A stretch of 64,000 nucleotides of DNA from Methanomassiliicoccales archaeon (GCA_038740345.1 JAVYMA010000004.1:21978-85977); one strand, 5' to 3'. Shown: positions 53,997 to 63,820, counted from the stretch's first letter. Numbers and translations: made by a program. The notes: generated by a model from the sequence alone, not told the origin.

Positions 53997-55274
53997 ATGA
54001 AGCAGGACGCCGACTGGATAAGGGACCAAGTGAAGGCGCACACCAAATGGTTCGAGGAGTCCATACCCACCATAGCCTCCGAGAACCTCATGTCGCCCCT
54101 GGCGAAGGAAATGATGATCTCCGACTTCCATGACCGCTATGCCGAAGGCATGCCGGGAAAGCGCTACTATCAGGGCAATGTCTACGTGGATAAGGTGGAG
54201 CTCAAGTGCATGGAGCTGGCTCAGCGCGTGTTCAACGTGCCTTTCGTCGACGTCCGTCCCACCTCGGGCACCGTGGCTAACATGGCCGTGCTGTTCGCCC
54301 TGTGCGAGCCTGGCGACATCATCGCCACCACCGCCCTGGCCAATGGCGCGCACATCTCCACCGCCCAGTTCGGGGCGGTGGGTCTGAGGGGAGTGAAGAC
54401 GATAAACTATCCCTGGGACGAGGAGCGCATGACCATCGATGTGGACGGGGCAAGGAAGCTGCTTCTGAAGGAAAAGCCTAAGGTGGCGCAATTCGGTCTC
54501 TCCCTCTTCCTCTTCCCCGTGCCGCTCAAGGAGCTCCAGTCCACCTTCCAGGAGGTTGGCTGCGTGGTGTGGTATGACGCCGCGCACGTGCTCGGCCTCA
54601 TCGCCGGAGGGCAGTTCCAGGACCCCTTGCACGAGGGTGCGAACGTGGTATCCGCTTCGACTCACAAGACCTTCCCCGGCCCTAATCACGGCATCCTGCT
54701 GGGAAACGACCTGAGCGAGGACCTGGAGAAGAGGTTGCGCCGCGCCGTCTTCCCTGGTGTGACTAGCTCGCACCACCTGCATGCCATGGCCGCCCTGGCC
54801 GTGACCCTGGCGGAGATGGAGGAGTTCGGGAGGGATTATGCCAAGCAGATAGTGCGCAACGCCCAGGCCCTTGGTCAAGCATTATACGATTTGGGAATGG
54901 ACGTGCTGTGCCCTGAGCTCGGCTTCACCCGCTCGCACACCATCGCCATCAACGTCAGCAAGCACGGCGGAGGCGACCAGGTGGCCAAGGAATTGGAGGC
55001 GGCCAACATCATCACCAACAAGAACATGCTGCCAGGCGATGAGAGCAGCATACGCCCCTCCGGCATCCGCATCGGCACTCAGGAGATGACTCGGCTGGGG
55101 ATGAAGGAGGAGGAGATGAAGGAGGTAGCCTCGTTAATCCATCGCGTGGCGGTGAAGAAGGAGAGCCCCGCCAAGGTGAAGGAGGACGTGAAGGCGCTGA
55201 AGAAGCGCTTCAACACGGTGCAATACTGCTATCACGCAGGCACCCCGGCCTACAAGTTCTACGAGCTCGTGTGA
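53997..55274 (+). CDS. glyA: Serine hydroxymethyltransferase
   Basis: 425 aa. IASENLMSP, RYYQGNVYVD and STHKTFPGPNHG (PLP Lys) motifs. Confidence 0.95.
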   Translation: MKQDADWIRDQVKAHTKWFEESIPTIASENLMSPLAKEMMISDFHDRYAEGMPGKRYYQGNVYVDKVELKCMELAQRVFNVPFVDVRPTSGTVANMAVLFALCEPGDIIATTALANGAHISTAQFGAVGLRGVKTINYPWDEERMTIDVDGARKLLLKEKPKVAQFGLSLFLFPVPLKELQSTFQEVGCVVWYDAAHVLGLIAGGQFQDPLHEGANVVSASTHKTFPGPNHGILLGNDLSEDLEKRLRRAVFPGVTSSHHLHAMAALAVTLAEMEEFGRDYAKQIVRNAQALGQALYDLGMDVLCPELGFTRSHTIAINVSKHGGGDQVAKELEAANIITNKNMLPGDESSIRPSGIRIGTQEMTRLGMKEEEMKEVASLIHRVAVKKESPAKVKEDVKALKKRFNTVQYCYHAGTPAYKFYELV

Positions 55275-55304
55275 TGCCCGAGCGCTTTAATGAAGGTCAG
55301 CTCA

Positions 55305-56231
55305 TCATCTCTTGGAGAGCAGTGATTCCAGCAGCTCGCAGGTCATGCACCTGTCCCTGATGGTAGGCTCCCCGCAGCCGCAGACCCTCAGCTCTGATTG
55401 AGGGTGTCTCTCCATCAGACACTCTCTAAGGCCGTCATAGCTGGAGAGAATGGCATGCCGCGTGCCAGGATGTCGATCCTCCAAGTCATCGATTATCGCC
55501 CGGTACTCATTCCTTAGCGCTCTGTCGGCGTAAGGGCATTCCTCGTTGGAGAACGGTAGCTCGCGCAGCATGGCATAGAGATAGGATTCCTTCTCTGGTA
55601 TCAAGCGCAGAGGCTGTATCCTAGGTATCAAGCCAGGTTGTATCCTCACGTGAGGGCCGAGGCGCGCCAGCCTCTCCAGGTCGCCGCGGGTGAAGTTCAT
55701 GAGTATCGACTGCGCCGTATCATCCAGATTCAACCCCGTGGCCAGGACATCAGCTCCGATCTCGCGGGCCACGCGATTCATGCATCTCCTCCTCAGGACA
55801 CCGCAATACGTGCATGGCCCCTTGTCCCCTATAAAGGGCATGAGGTCATCGAGATCTCTTCCCGCCTCCTGCCTGAATGAGATTATGTGATGCTTTATCC
55901 CTAAGCTCTCAGTAAGCTCCTTGGCCTTGAGGAGCGTCTTAGGGCGATATCTAGCGATGCCCTCGTCTACAGTTATCGCCTCCACCACCAGGTCCCTTCT
56001 TGGCTTGAGGATCTGGTGGAGCAGGAAGAGCGCCACGGCGCTGTCCTTCCCTCCTGACAGGGCCACGGCCACCTTCCTCTTCCCATCCAGATCGATCTGC
56101 CTCCGCAGTTCCTTCCTGACCCTCTGCTCCACGAATTCCAGAAAGTGATCCTCGCACAGGTGGGAGCCATTGTAGCGCAGGTACTCGATGCCCTCCTTGG
56201 AGCATTTGATGCACTTCACGCCCTCCGCCAC
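55305..56231 (-). CDS. PP-loop tRNA 2-thiolation enzyme (TtuA/NcsA family)
   Basis: N-terminal CIKCSK...CEDHF zinc finger, PP-loop VALSGGKDSAVAL, central CTYCGVLRR, and C-terminal CGCGEP...CMTC. Confidence 0.8.
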   Translation of the reverse strand: MAEGVKCIKCSKEGIEYLRYNGSHLCEDHFLEFVEQRVRKELRRQIDLDGKRKVAVALSGGKDSAVALFLLHQILKPRRDLVVEAITVDEGIARYRPKTLLKAKELTESLGIKHHIISFRQEAGRDLDDLMPFIGDKGPCTYCGVLRRRCMNRVAREIGADVLATGLNLDDTAQSILMNFTRGDLERLARLGPHVRIQPGLIPRIQPLRLIPEKESYLYAMLRELPFSNEECPYADRALRNEYRAIIDDLEDRHPGTRHAILSSYDGLRECLMERHPQSELRVCGCGEPTIRDRCMTCELLESLLSKR

Positions 56232-56339
56232 GGCCTCCTGCGATTAATATCTTCCTCGACCTCTTTCTTACATCTTTTTTATACATTCGCCCGCGCTCAT
56301 GCAAAGGGTTAACTTTCCCCATCCGTCTTAAGGGTCGAT

Positions 56340-57317
56340 ATGAAGGAGATGCGGGAGATTTGGATTGAGAAGTACCGGCCTAAGAGCCTGAAGGAGGTGG
56401 TGGGGCAGAAGGAGGTCACGGAGCGCTTGATGGCGTATGTACGCTCCAAGAACCTACCTCATCTCATGTTCGCCGGCTCCCCAGGCACGGGCAAGACCAC
56501 CTGCGCCCTGGCCTTGGCTCGAGAGCTGTTCGGGGAGGGCTGGAGGGACAACTTCATCGAGATGAACGCCTCGGACGAGCGGGGCATAGATGTGGTGCGA
56601 GGCAAGATAAAGGAGTTCGCCCGCACCTCGCCCATCGGGGGTGCGGCCTTCAAGATAATCTTCCTGGATGAGGCGGACGCCCTGACCAGCGAGGCCCAGG
56701 CGGCTCTGCGGAGGACCATGGAGAGGTACTCCTCCATCTGCCGCTTCATAATCTCCTGCAACTACTCCTCGAAGATAATCGAGCCTATCCAGTCCAGATG
56801 CGCCGTCTTCCGCTTCCGGCCTTTGAAGCCCGAGGACATAAAGGCGTACTTGCTTAAGATAGCCAAGGCGGAGAAGGTGCAATTGACCGAGGATGCGGTG
56901 GATGCCTTGGTGCATGTCGCCGGGGGAGACATGCGCAAGGCCATCAACTCGTTGCAGGTAGCGGCCTCGCTCTCCGAAGAGGTGACGGTGGACGTGGTGT
57001 ACCAGACCACCGGCACGGCGCATCCGGAAGAGGTGCGCAAGCTGTTGGAGACGGCCCTAAAGGGCGATTTCCTCGAAGCCAGGAGCCTGCTCGACGAGCT
57101 CATGATAAACTACGGCCTCTCAGGGGAGGACGTGATAAAACAGATACACAAGCAGTTCTTCGACCTGAACATTCCGGACATCGAGAAGGTGCGCCTCATA
57201 GATAGGACGGGAGAGGTGGAGTTCCGCATCGTGGAGGGGAGCAACGAGCGCATCCAGCTGGAAGCGCTTTTGGCGTATCTGGTGCTGGTGGGCTCGGGCG
57301 GCCCTGCGCGCCGATGA
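56340..57317 (+). CDS. rfcS: Replication factor C small subunit
   Basis: WIEKYRP, Walker A GSPGTGKTT, LDEADAL and the SRC motif QSRCAVFRF. No intein. Confidence 0.95.
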   Translation: MKEMREIWIEKYRPKSLKEVVGQKEVTERLMAYVRSKNLPHLMFAGSPGTGKTTCALALARELFGEGWRDNFIEMNASDERGIDVVRGKIKEFARTSPIGGAAFKIIFLDEADALTSEAQAALRRTMERYSSICRFIISCNYSSKIIEPIQSRCAVFRFRPLKPEDIKAYLLKIAKAEKVQLTEDAVDALVHVAGGDMRKAINSLQVAASLSEEVTVDVVYQTTGTAHPEEVRKLLETALKGDFLEARSLLDELMINYGLSGEDVIKQIHKQFFDLNIPDIEKVRLIDRTGEVEFRIVEGSNERIQLEALLAYLVLVGSGGPARR

Positions 57318-57501
57318 GCAGGATCCTAGCTTATGCTTGTCAGAATCTTGCGTTTTTCCCTTCAGTCACTTTCATGGAATCTATGCTGAATGCGTATTCG
57401 GATGATCGAAACGCGATTGGAAAAAAAGATAATGAAGAATCGCCAACCGTCTCGAAATAGGAATAAATAGTTGCTTCGACCAATCTTCAATCCAGGAGGG
57501 G

Positions 57502-57993
57502 TTGAGGATAGGCGACTCGGATGATCTTTACATGAGATATTCCATACCAATGGAGCTTTTCGAGACGTCCAAAGCGATAGAGGCCTTGAAAGGGTTTTGG
57601 CAGGACGACGTCGAGTACGACCTTGATGATTATGAGGAAAGCGTCTTCAAGGTTCATATCTTCATGTTTATGGAATATGTATATGTCTATGTCGAGGTGT
57701 GGTTCTATCTAATCACGGAAGGGCCAATCGATCCGGACATCCTGGAAAGGAATGCGCCTATCATCCGATGGCTCATAGAGCGCGGCTATTCGACAGACAA
57801 CTCGTACGATGGCGTGGTAGAATGCGTTAAAGCTATAGCCTGGAAGAAGAAATATTCTTCCAAGAGAATAGTGGCCAATATCGATAAGAAGCTCAAGCAG
57901 GAACATGAGATAGTGATGAGTAAGATCAAGGAGATGTATAAGGTCAAAGAGACGTTAGACAAGAAGACCAATGCTAAGAATAAGAACGGGTAG
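57502..57993 (+). CDS. Hypothetical protein (orphan)
   Basis: 163-aa ORF in a lower-GC patch. Start uncertain (TTG 57502 or ATG 57532). A Lys-rich tail is followed by a T7 run. No family recognised. Confidence 0.4.
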   Translation: MRIGDSDDLYMRYSIPMELFETSKAIEALKGFWQDDVEYDLDDYEESVFKVHIFMFMEYVYVYVEVWFYLITEGPIDPDILERNAPIIRWLIERGYSTDNSYDGVVECVKAIAWKKKYSSKRIVANIDKKLKQEHEIVMSKIKEMYKVKETLDKKTNAKNKNG

Positions 57994-57994
57994 A

Positions 57995-58001
57995 TTTTTT
58001 T
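57995..58001 (+). terminator. Oligo-T tract (archaeal-type terminator candidate)
   Basis: TTTTTTT begins 2 nt after the stop codon at 57991-57993. Confidence 0.4.
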
Positions 58002-58342
58002 GATAAGAAGATTAAGAAATTCGTTTTTACATCGCGGTTTCAGATTATCATCTTAAAGCGGCCGTCGAAATTGGAATCGAAACGATTTTAACCCTGGTAG
58101 ATTTAGCAGCTCGAGGGATTTTAAAAAGATTTGGCTATAACGCTCAATGATTAAAAAAATTTGAGCTCAATCCTAAACGCTTTTCCAGCTGAGCGAGCTC
58201 TGGATTTGTGAAAATTACAATTCTAGATCAAAATGCTGTGCACCAAAATAGAAAATCTTTCTCTTTTTTTCAGCTTGCAGACATGTCTTTCATTCTATGA
58301 GAAAAATTTTACATGATTTTTTAATAATAAATAAGAAAAGGT

Positions 58343-58597
58343 TTAGGGCTCATCCACCATCTCCGCTTCGCTGAAGTCGATGACCTCGTCCTCGAATATG
58401 TGGTAGATCTTATCCAGTACCTCGTCGATGTAGAGAAAGGCACCGATGATGCAAGCCAGCGCCTCATCCTCCCACCCCTCCTCGTACTTATACAGTATCT
58501 CCTCCATTCTCCAGCTCGAATGCGCAAGATCGTAGTATAGCTGATATATCAGATCCCTGGCCGCCTCAACTTTTTTCCGATCATCGCCATAAGCCAT
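58343..58597 (-). CDS. Hypothetical small acidic protein (84 aa)
   Basis: ORF rich in Asp/Glu/Tyr, in tandem with the upstream 91-aa ORF. No family recognised. Confidence 0.4.
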   Translation of the reverse strand: MAYGDDRKKVEAARDLIYQLYYDLAHSSWRMEEILYKYEEGWEDEALACIIGAFLYIDEVLDKIYHIFEDEVIDFSEAEMVDEP

Positions 58598-58640
58598 CTA
58601 GCATTCTCCTCATGATGGGAAAGCTGGCGCTGTTTCTCCT

Positions 58641-58916
58641 TCAGTTCTCATCCTCTGTCTCTAGTTCGCACTCGACGCACTCCTCGCACGTGAAATCCAC
58701 GTATTCTGCCAGGTCCTCGCTTATATCTCGGAGCGATTTCAGGGCCTTCTTCTCCACCTTCTTGATGACGTTTAGGTCCTTCTTTTCCGCGTTCTGCTCC
58801 AGCATATCTATAACGCTCTTGAGCCTCTCCACGAACTCATAGAGCTCTTCGCTCTCCGCGTCCATAGCCTCATCCAAGGCTACCAATATCCTTTCGTACA
58901 CTCCTCCGATGGTCAT
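58641..58916 (-). CDS. Hypothetical small acidic protein (91 aa) with C-terminal CxxCxxC
   Basis: Helical acidic ORF ending in FTCEECVECELETEDEN. No family recognised. Confidence 0.45.
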   Translation of the reverse strand: MTIGGVYERILVALDEAMDAESEELYEFVERLKSVIDMLEQNAEKKDLNVIKKVEKKALKSLRDISEDLAEYVDFTCEECVECELETEDEN

Positions 58917-59551
58917 TTCTCAAACCCCCAATACTAAGATTCGGGTCAAAGAAAAAAATCAGGCCAGCTTCTCCTTGGGGTTAGAAAGATTATTAGAACT
59001 TAGGCATCTCAAACCCGCGGGACAAGACATAGTCTGCATCACAATGATTCTATGGTTAAGGTTGTATTTCAACCTCTTCTCATACCGTCTTATATATATG
59101 CATACTAATATGCCAGAAATAATAGATTCGATACCTTCAATCGCCCCTATGAACGCTCTTCTTGTTCGAGATGCTTAGCCCTCCTCGATTTTAATATCGG
59201 CTTGTCGGCGCCCTTTCTCAACACGGTCTTGACTTCTAACGATTAGGCTCGCAAGGCCGAGAAAGAAGAGGCTCGAAGGACCAGTCTTAAAAATCAGAAT
59301 GCATGCTAAAAAATGCACCAAGATGTTTCAACATAGATCTATTACTCACCCCTTTTCTCTGTACGGGAACTAGCATTTCATAACTCATCCCCTCATTTGA
59401 TTCTCGTCATCTTTACGCCACCCTATTTTTTTCCATTTCTTAGGCATCTCTCTCAGCTTAAAAAAATCGAGAGTACTGAGATATAATTTTCAATCTCTCC
59501 CCTGCCAACTTTTTTATATTCCCTCCTTATTCACACGGCAGAGGTTCTGAT

Positions 59552-59701
59552 ATGGCACGCTTCAAGGAGGCCGACGCGAGGCTCCTTAACAAGATGATCT
59601 GCATGAACTGCTACGCCAGGAACGCGGCGAAGGCCACCCGCTGCAGGAAATGCGGCTATGCCAACCTCCGCCCCAAGGCGAAGGAGAGCAGGAAAGCGTA
59701 A
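59552..59701 (+). CDS. rpl40e: 50S ribosomal protein L40e
   Basis: Absent from the ORF track because it is under 60 aa. My translation is [49 protein letters not shown], the archaeal L40e zinc-ribbon pattern (C-x2-C...C-x2-C). A TATA-like TTTATATT lies at 59513-59520. Confidence 0.85.
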   Translation: MARFKEADARLLNKMICMNCYARNAAKATRCRKCGYANLRPKAKESRKA

Positions 59702-59867
59702 GCTCGCCTTTTACCAAGACTTTCAATGTTCCCTTTCACGCTCATTTGGCGACCTAGCGCTATCAATGCTGCGAACGGACGGATTAATATTTTATTTCCC
59801 TACGCAATGTAGTGGCGAAGTCCTGCAACAACCACCTTCAGGAGGCTAGAAGATCAAGAAGGTACTC

Positions 59868-60830
59868 GTGGTCGACGACAACGCCGACGTCCTCGCCATC
59901 GTCTCGGAGCTCGTATCCGCCGCAGGCTATGAGGCCATAACCGCTAGCGGAGGCCGGGAGGCGATCGAAAAGGCAAAGACGGAATCTCCTGACCTCATTC
60001 TTCTGGACATAAACATGCCAGATATAGATGGCTGGAGCGTTCTGCGCAATCTTAAGGAGACTGGCCTAACACAGCGCATCAAGGTCATGATGCTCACCGC
60101 CTACACTGACATAGGCACGGACATATTCGGCCTGCAGGACGTGGTCTCGGGCTACATCCGCAAGCCCTTCTCCAACACCGAGCTCTCGGAGAAGATTAAG
60201 GAGATCTTAGAGGCGGAGGAGGTCACCATCCAGCCTGTGCCTCTGGATGTGAAGAAGCCAGGATTGCTGGAGCGCCTATTCCGCCGACGCAGGGAGGCCC
60301 CTACGGGCATGGAGAAGGCGCAAAAGACGGCTTTAAAGTACGAGCTGCGCAAGGGCTATGGCTACATCATAAAGGAGGTCAAGCCGGAGCGCACCTTCGA
60401 GATCTTCGTGGATCAGGTAACGCATAACATTCAGGGGCTGTGCATAACCCGAGAGCATCCGGGCATCATCCGCAAGAAGTGGGGCCTGGAGAAGACACCG
60501 ATAATCTGGCTTAGCAATCAGTTGGGAAGGGTGTACGTCAACCCCACCAACATCGGCATCCTCTCGGACACCATCATACGTTTCATCGAGAAGTCCGGCG
60601 ATAGCGTGGTCATGATCGATGGCATAGAGTTCCTCATCGTCAACAACGACTTCGAGAAGGTGCTGCGCATGGTGCATCATATCTCCGAGGCCACCATGGA
60701 ATACAAATCACGTCTTTTGATATCCGTGGATCCTCGCACCCTGGACGTGAGGCAGATGGCCCTGCTGGAGAGGAACATGGAGGTAATAGATGCCATGCCT
60801 CCCCAACAGGCAGCGAAACCTATTAGATAG
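59868..60830 (+). CDS. Response regulator receiver domain fused to a DUF835-like C-terminal domain
   Basis: VVDDNADV...LILLDINMPDIDG...MLTAY...KPF receiver motifs, then a C-terminal half with CITREHP, typical of DUF835. The annotated GTG start truncates strand beta-1; see the finding at 59841-59870. Confidence 0.75.
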   Translation: MVDDNADVLAIVSELVSAAGYEAITASGGREAIEKAKTESPDLILLDINMPDIDGWSVLRNLKETGLTQRIKVMMLTAYTDIGTDIFGLQDVVSGYIRKPFSNTELSEKIKEILEAEEVTIQPVPLDVKKPGLLERLFRRRREAPTGMEKAQKTALKYELRKGYGYIIKEVKPERTFEIFVDQVTHNIQGLCITREHPGIIRKKWGLEKTPIIWLSNQLGRVYVNPTNIGILSDTIIRFIEKSGDSVVMIDGIEFLIVNNDFEKVLRMVHHISEATMEYKSRLLISVDPRTLDVRQMALLERNMEVIDAMPPQQAAKPIR

Positions 60831-60863
60831 GACATCCGTTCCTCTATCCATCCGCATGGAGGG

Positions 60864-62156
60864 ATGTTTCTGAGCGGCTCTAAGATAGTTGAGATCAGGG
60901 CCAGGGAGGTCCTGGATTCGAGAGGCAATCCTACCGTGGAGGCAGAAGTGAGAACCTCCGCCTTTAAGGTCACCGCCATCGCCCCTTCGGGAGCCTCCAC
61001 CGGCACCCATGAGGTGCTGGAGTTGAGGGATGGGGGGGAGCGCTACATGGGCAAGGGCGTCCTCAAGGCTGTGGAGAATGTGAACAAGAAAATCGGCCCC
61101 AAGCTCAAAGGCATGGATGTGGAGGAACAGCGTGAGCTGGACCGCGCGTTGATAGAGCTGGATGGCACCACGGACAAGAGGAAGCTGGGCGGGAACGCCA
61201 TCACGGCCGTCTCTCTCGCCCTAGCCAAGGCAGGCAGCGTCTCCAAAGGCGTCGAGCTGCACGAGCATCTAGGGCCAGGCAGCTGCACTCTGCCCATACC
61301 CATGATGAACATCATCAACGGAGGGAAGCACGCTGGCACGGGTTTGAGGATACAGGAGTTCATGATCGTGCCCGCAGGAGCCAAATCCTTCTCCGAATCC
61401 CTGCGCATGGGAGTGGAGGTGTACCATTCCCTCAGAGCCCTCCTCAAGGAGCAGTTCGGCCCCGCCGCCGTCAACCTGGGCGACGAAGGCGGCTTCGCCC
61501 CTCCGCTAGAAAACACAAGGCAAGCCCTAGACATAATGATGAAAGGCATAGAGCGAGCTGGCTATTCCCCCGGCAAAGAGGTGTTCCTGGCTCTAGACTG
61601 CGCCGCCTCCGAGTTCTGCCAGCAAGGAGTCTATGAGCTGGACAAGAGACGCATAGGGCCCGTGGAGCTGATGGAGACGTATTTCGTCCTGGCCAAGTAT
61701 TATCCCTTGGTGAGCATCGAGGACCCCTTCCACGAGGAGGATTTCCACATGTTCTCGTTGATGACCAAGAGGGTGGGCCACAAGATGCAGGTGGTGGGCG
61801 ATGATATCTTCGTCACCAACATGGAGCGCATAAAGAAGGCCATAGAGCGAAAGGCAGGAAATGCCACGCTCCTAAAAGTCAATCAGATAGGGACGGTGAC
61901 CGAGGCCATGGACGCGGCCAGGCTATCCTTCGACAACGGATATCGCGTGGTGGTGAGCCATCGCTCGGGCGAGACCGACGACACCTCCATCGCTGACCTG
62001 GCGGTAGCACTGGAATGCGGTCAGATCAAGACCGGTGCGCCTGCGCGGGGGGAGAGAGTGGCCAAATACAATCGCTTGCTGCGCATCGAGGAGCAGCTGG
62101 GCTCCAAGGCCAAGTTCCCCGGTGCCGCCTTCTACGCCAAAAAGAAGAAGGAGTGA
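60864..62156 (+). CDS. eno: Enolase
   Basis: 430 aa. AREVLDSRGNPTVE and SHRSGETDDTSIADLAVA motifs. Confidence 0.95.
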   Translation: MFLSGSKIVEIRAREVLDSRGNPTVEAEVRTSAFKVTAIAPSGASTGTHEVLELRDGGERYMGKGVLKAVENVNKKIGPKLKGMDVEEQRELDRALIELDGTTDKRKLGGNAITAVSLALAKAGSVSKGVELHEHLGPGSCTLPIPMMNIINGGKHAGTGLRIQEFMIVPAGAKSFSESLRMGVEVYHSLRALLKEQFGPAAVNLGDEGGFAPPLENTRQALDIMMKGIERAGYSPGKEVFLALDCAASEFCQQGVYELDKRRIGPVELMETYFVLAKYYPLVSIEDPFHEEDFHMFSLMTKRVGHKMQVVGDDIFVTNMERIKKAIERKAGNATLLKVNQIGTVTEAMDAARLSFDNGYRVVVSHRSGETDDTSIADLAVALECGQIKTGAPARGERVAKYNRLLRIEEQLGSKAKFPGAAFYAKKKKE

Positions 62157-63364
62157 GCCCTTTGCCCAGCGGCCCCAGCAGAGGCTTCTTCCTCGCCACC
62201 GAGGAGCAGATACGCCAGGGAAGGACCACCGACGTCTACTTCGAGCACACCATGCAAGTGCTGCGCGCCAAGGGCCTATCGCATGAACGCGCCTATGCTG
62301 AGCTCACCACGGGCAGCCTGCCGAATGATTGGTCATGGGCTGTGCTGTGCGGAGTGGAGGAGGTGCTGCGGCTTTTTGAGGGAAAAAAGGTGACCATCCG
62401 AGGCTTGCCTGAGGGAACCGTTTTCAAGGCCCGCTCGCGCAGAGGCCTCAGGGTGCCGGTGCTCAGCATCGAGGGCCCATATTCCGAGTACTGCGTCCTG
62501 GAGACGCCCTTGCTCGGCTTGCTTTGCCATTCCACGGGGGTGGCCACCATGGCCGCCAGGGCGAGGATCGCGGCCGAGGATGCCACGCTATTATCCTTCG
62601 GCGTCCGGCGCATGCATCCTGCCATCTCCCCTATGATAGACCGCTCCGCCTACATCGGCGGATGCGATGGCGTGTCCTCACTCATCGGTGCGGAGGTCAT
62701 CGGCATCCCTCCATCAGGCACCATGCCTCATGCGCTGGTGGTCATGATGGGAGACCAGGCGCAGGCCTTCAAGGCCTTCGACGAGGTCATCGATCCCTCC
62801 GTCCCACGCATCGCCTTGGTGGATACCTACTCCGACGAGAAGGCCGAGGCCATCATGGCGGCCAAGGCGATAAAGGATTTGTCCGCCGTGCGCTTGGACA
62901 CTCCTGCCTCCAGAAGAGGCTCCCTGCCGGATCTGGTGAGGGAGGTGCGCTGGGAGCTGGATATCAGAGGCTTTGGCCATGTCAAGATAATCGTCTCAGG
63001 AGGGCTGGATGAGAGGACCATCCCCGAGCTCAGGAAGGCAGGAGCGGATGGGTTCGGCGTGGGCACGAGCATATCCAACGCCCCCACGGTGGACTTCGCC
63101 TTGGACATAGTGGAGAAGGATGGCGAGCCAGTGGCCAAGAGGGGCAAGCTGGGAGGAAGGAAGGCCTCATACCGTTGCCAGAGATGCATGGAGTGGGAAG
63201 TCGTGCCCTGGGGGCATAAGACGCCAAAATGCCATATCTGCGGCGACTTCATGCAATCGATGGAGGTGGAGCTGATGCGGGAAGGCATTAGGGCTCATGA
63301 GGAAAGAGAGCCCTCCAAGGTAAGGAAATATGTGCTGCAGCAATTGAAGGCTGTGCGCTTGTGA
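62153..63364 (+). CDS. pncB: Nicotinate phosphoribosyltransferase (archaeal type, with C-terminal Zn-ribbon)
   Basis: The GTG start overlaps the eno stop (GTGA). FFLATEEQIRQGRTTDVYFEHT N-terminus, GVRRMHP, GVGTSI, and a C-terminal CQRC...CHIC. The track start at 62015 lies inside eno and is rejected. Confidence 0.85.
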   Translation: MSPLPSGPSRGFFLATEEQIRQGRTTDVYFEHTMQVLRAKGLSHERAYAELTTGSLPNDWSWAVLCGVEEVLRLFEGKKVTIRGLPEGTVFKARSRRGLRVPVLSIEGPYSEYCVLETPLLGLLCHSTGVATMAARARIAAEDATLLSFGVRRMHPAISPMIDRSAYIGGCDGVSSLIGAEVIGIPPSGTMPHALVVMMGDQAQAFKAFDEVIDPSVPRIALVDTYSDEKAEAIMAAKAIKDLSAVRLDTPASRRGSLPDLVREVRWELDIRGFGHVKIIVSGGLDERTIPELRKAGADGFGVGTSISNAPTVDFALDIVEKDGEPVAKRGKLGGRKASYRCQRCMEWEVVPWGHKTPKCHICGDFMQSMEVELMREGIRAHEEREPSKVRKYVLQQLKAVRL

Positions 63365-63373
63365 GGTGCTAAG

Positions 63374-63820
63374 ATGGAAGAGGGGGAATTCAAAGTCCGG
63401 ATAGAGTCCCTGCAAGGGTATCAATTCAAGGTTACCTTCTCCAACCCTGCTTTAGAGGAGTTGATCATGGACGAGCCAGAGCCTCTGGGCCAGGGGAAGC
63501 ATCCCAATGCTGGCCTACTTTTGGCCGCAGCGGTGGGAAATTGTCTCTGCGCCTCATTGAAGTTCTGTCTGGAGAAAGCCCGCGCGGAGGTTAAGGGAGT
63601 GAGCGCCGAAGTATACGCAAAAATGGAGCGTAACGAGAGAGGCAGATTGCGCATCACGTCAATCCGCGTCCGCTTGCGACCAGAGATGAGTGACCCTTCG
63701 AAGCTGAGAAGGTGCCGTGACATCTTCGAGGACTTCTGTATCGTGACCCAGAGCGTGAGGCAGGGGGTGCCCGTGCAAGTAGAGGTCGAGAATCCAGCTG
63801 ACGCTCCAGGAAATAATTAG
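63374..63820 (+). CDS. OsmC/Ohr-family peroxiredoxin-like protein
   Basis: 148 aa. LLLAAAVGNCLCASLKFCL...FCIVTQSV pattern with the two conserved Cys regions. Confidence 0.8.
   Translation: MEEGEFKVRIESLQGYQFKVTFSNPALEELIMDEPEPLGQGKHPNAGLLLAAAVGNCLCASLKFCLEKARAEVKGVSAEVYAKMERNERGRLRITSIRVRLRPEMSDPSKLRRCRDIFEDFCIVTQSVRQGVPVQVEVENPADAPGNN

Noticed and set aside
53898-54878. 326-aa minus-strand ORF
   Set aside because: It is entirely antisense to glyA, which has unmistakable SHMT motifs. Its composition is rich in His, Gly, Arg and Leu, typical of shadow ORFs in GC-rich coding DNA.
56454-57023. 189-aa minus-strand ORF
   Set aside because: It is antisense to rfcS. It is a shadow ORF.
62015-62152. 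N-terminal extension of the NAPRT ORF
   Set aside because: It lies inside the enolase coding region. The GTG at 62153 overlaps the eno stop and gives a typical NAPRT N-terminus.
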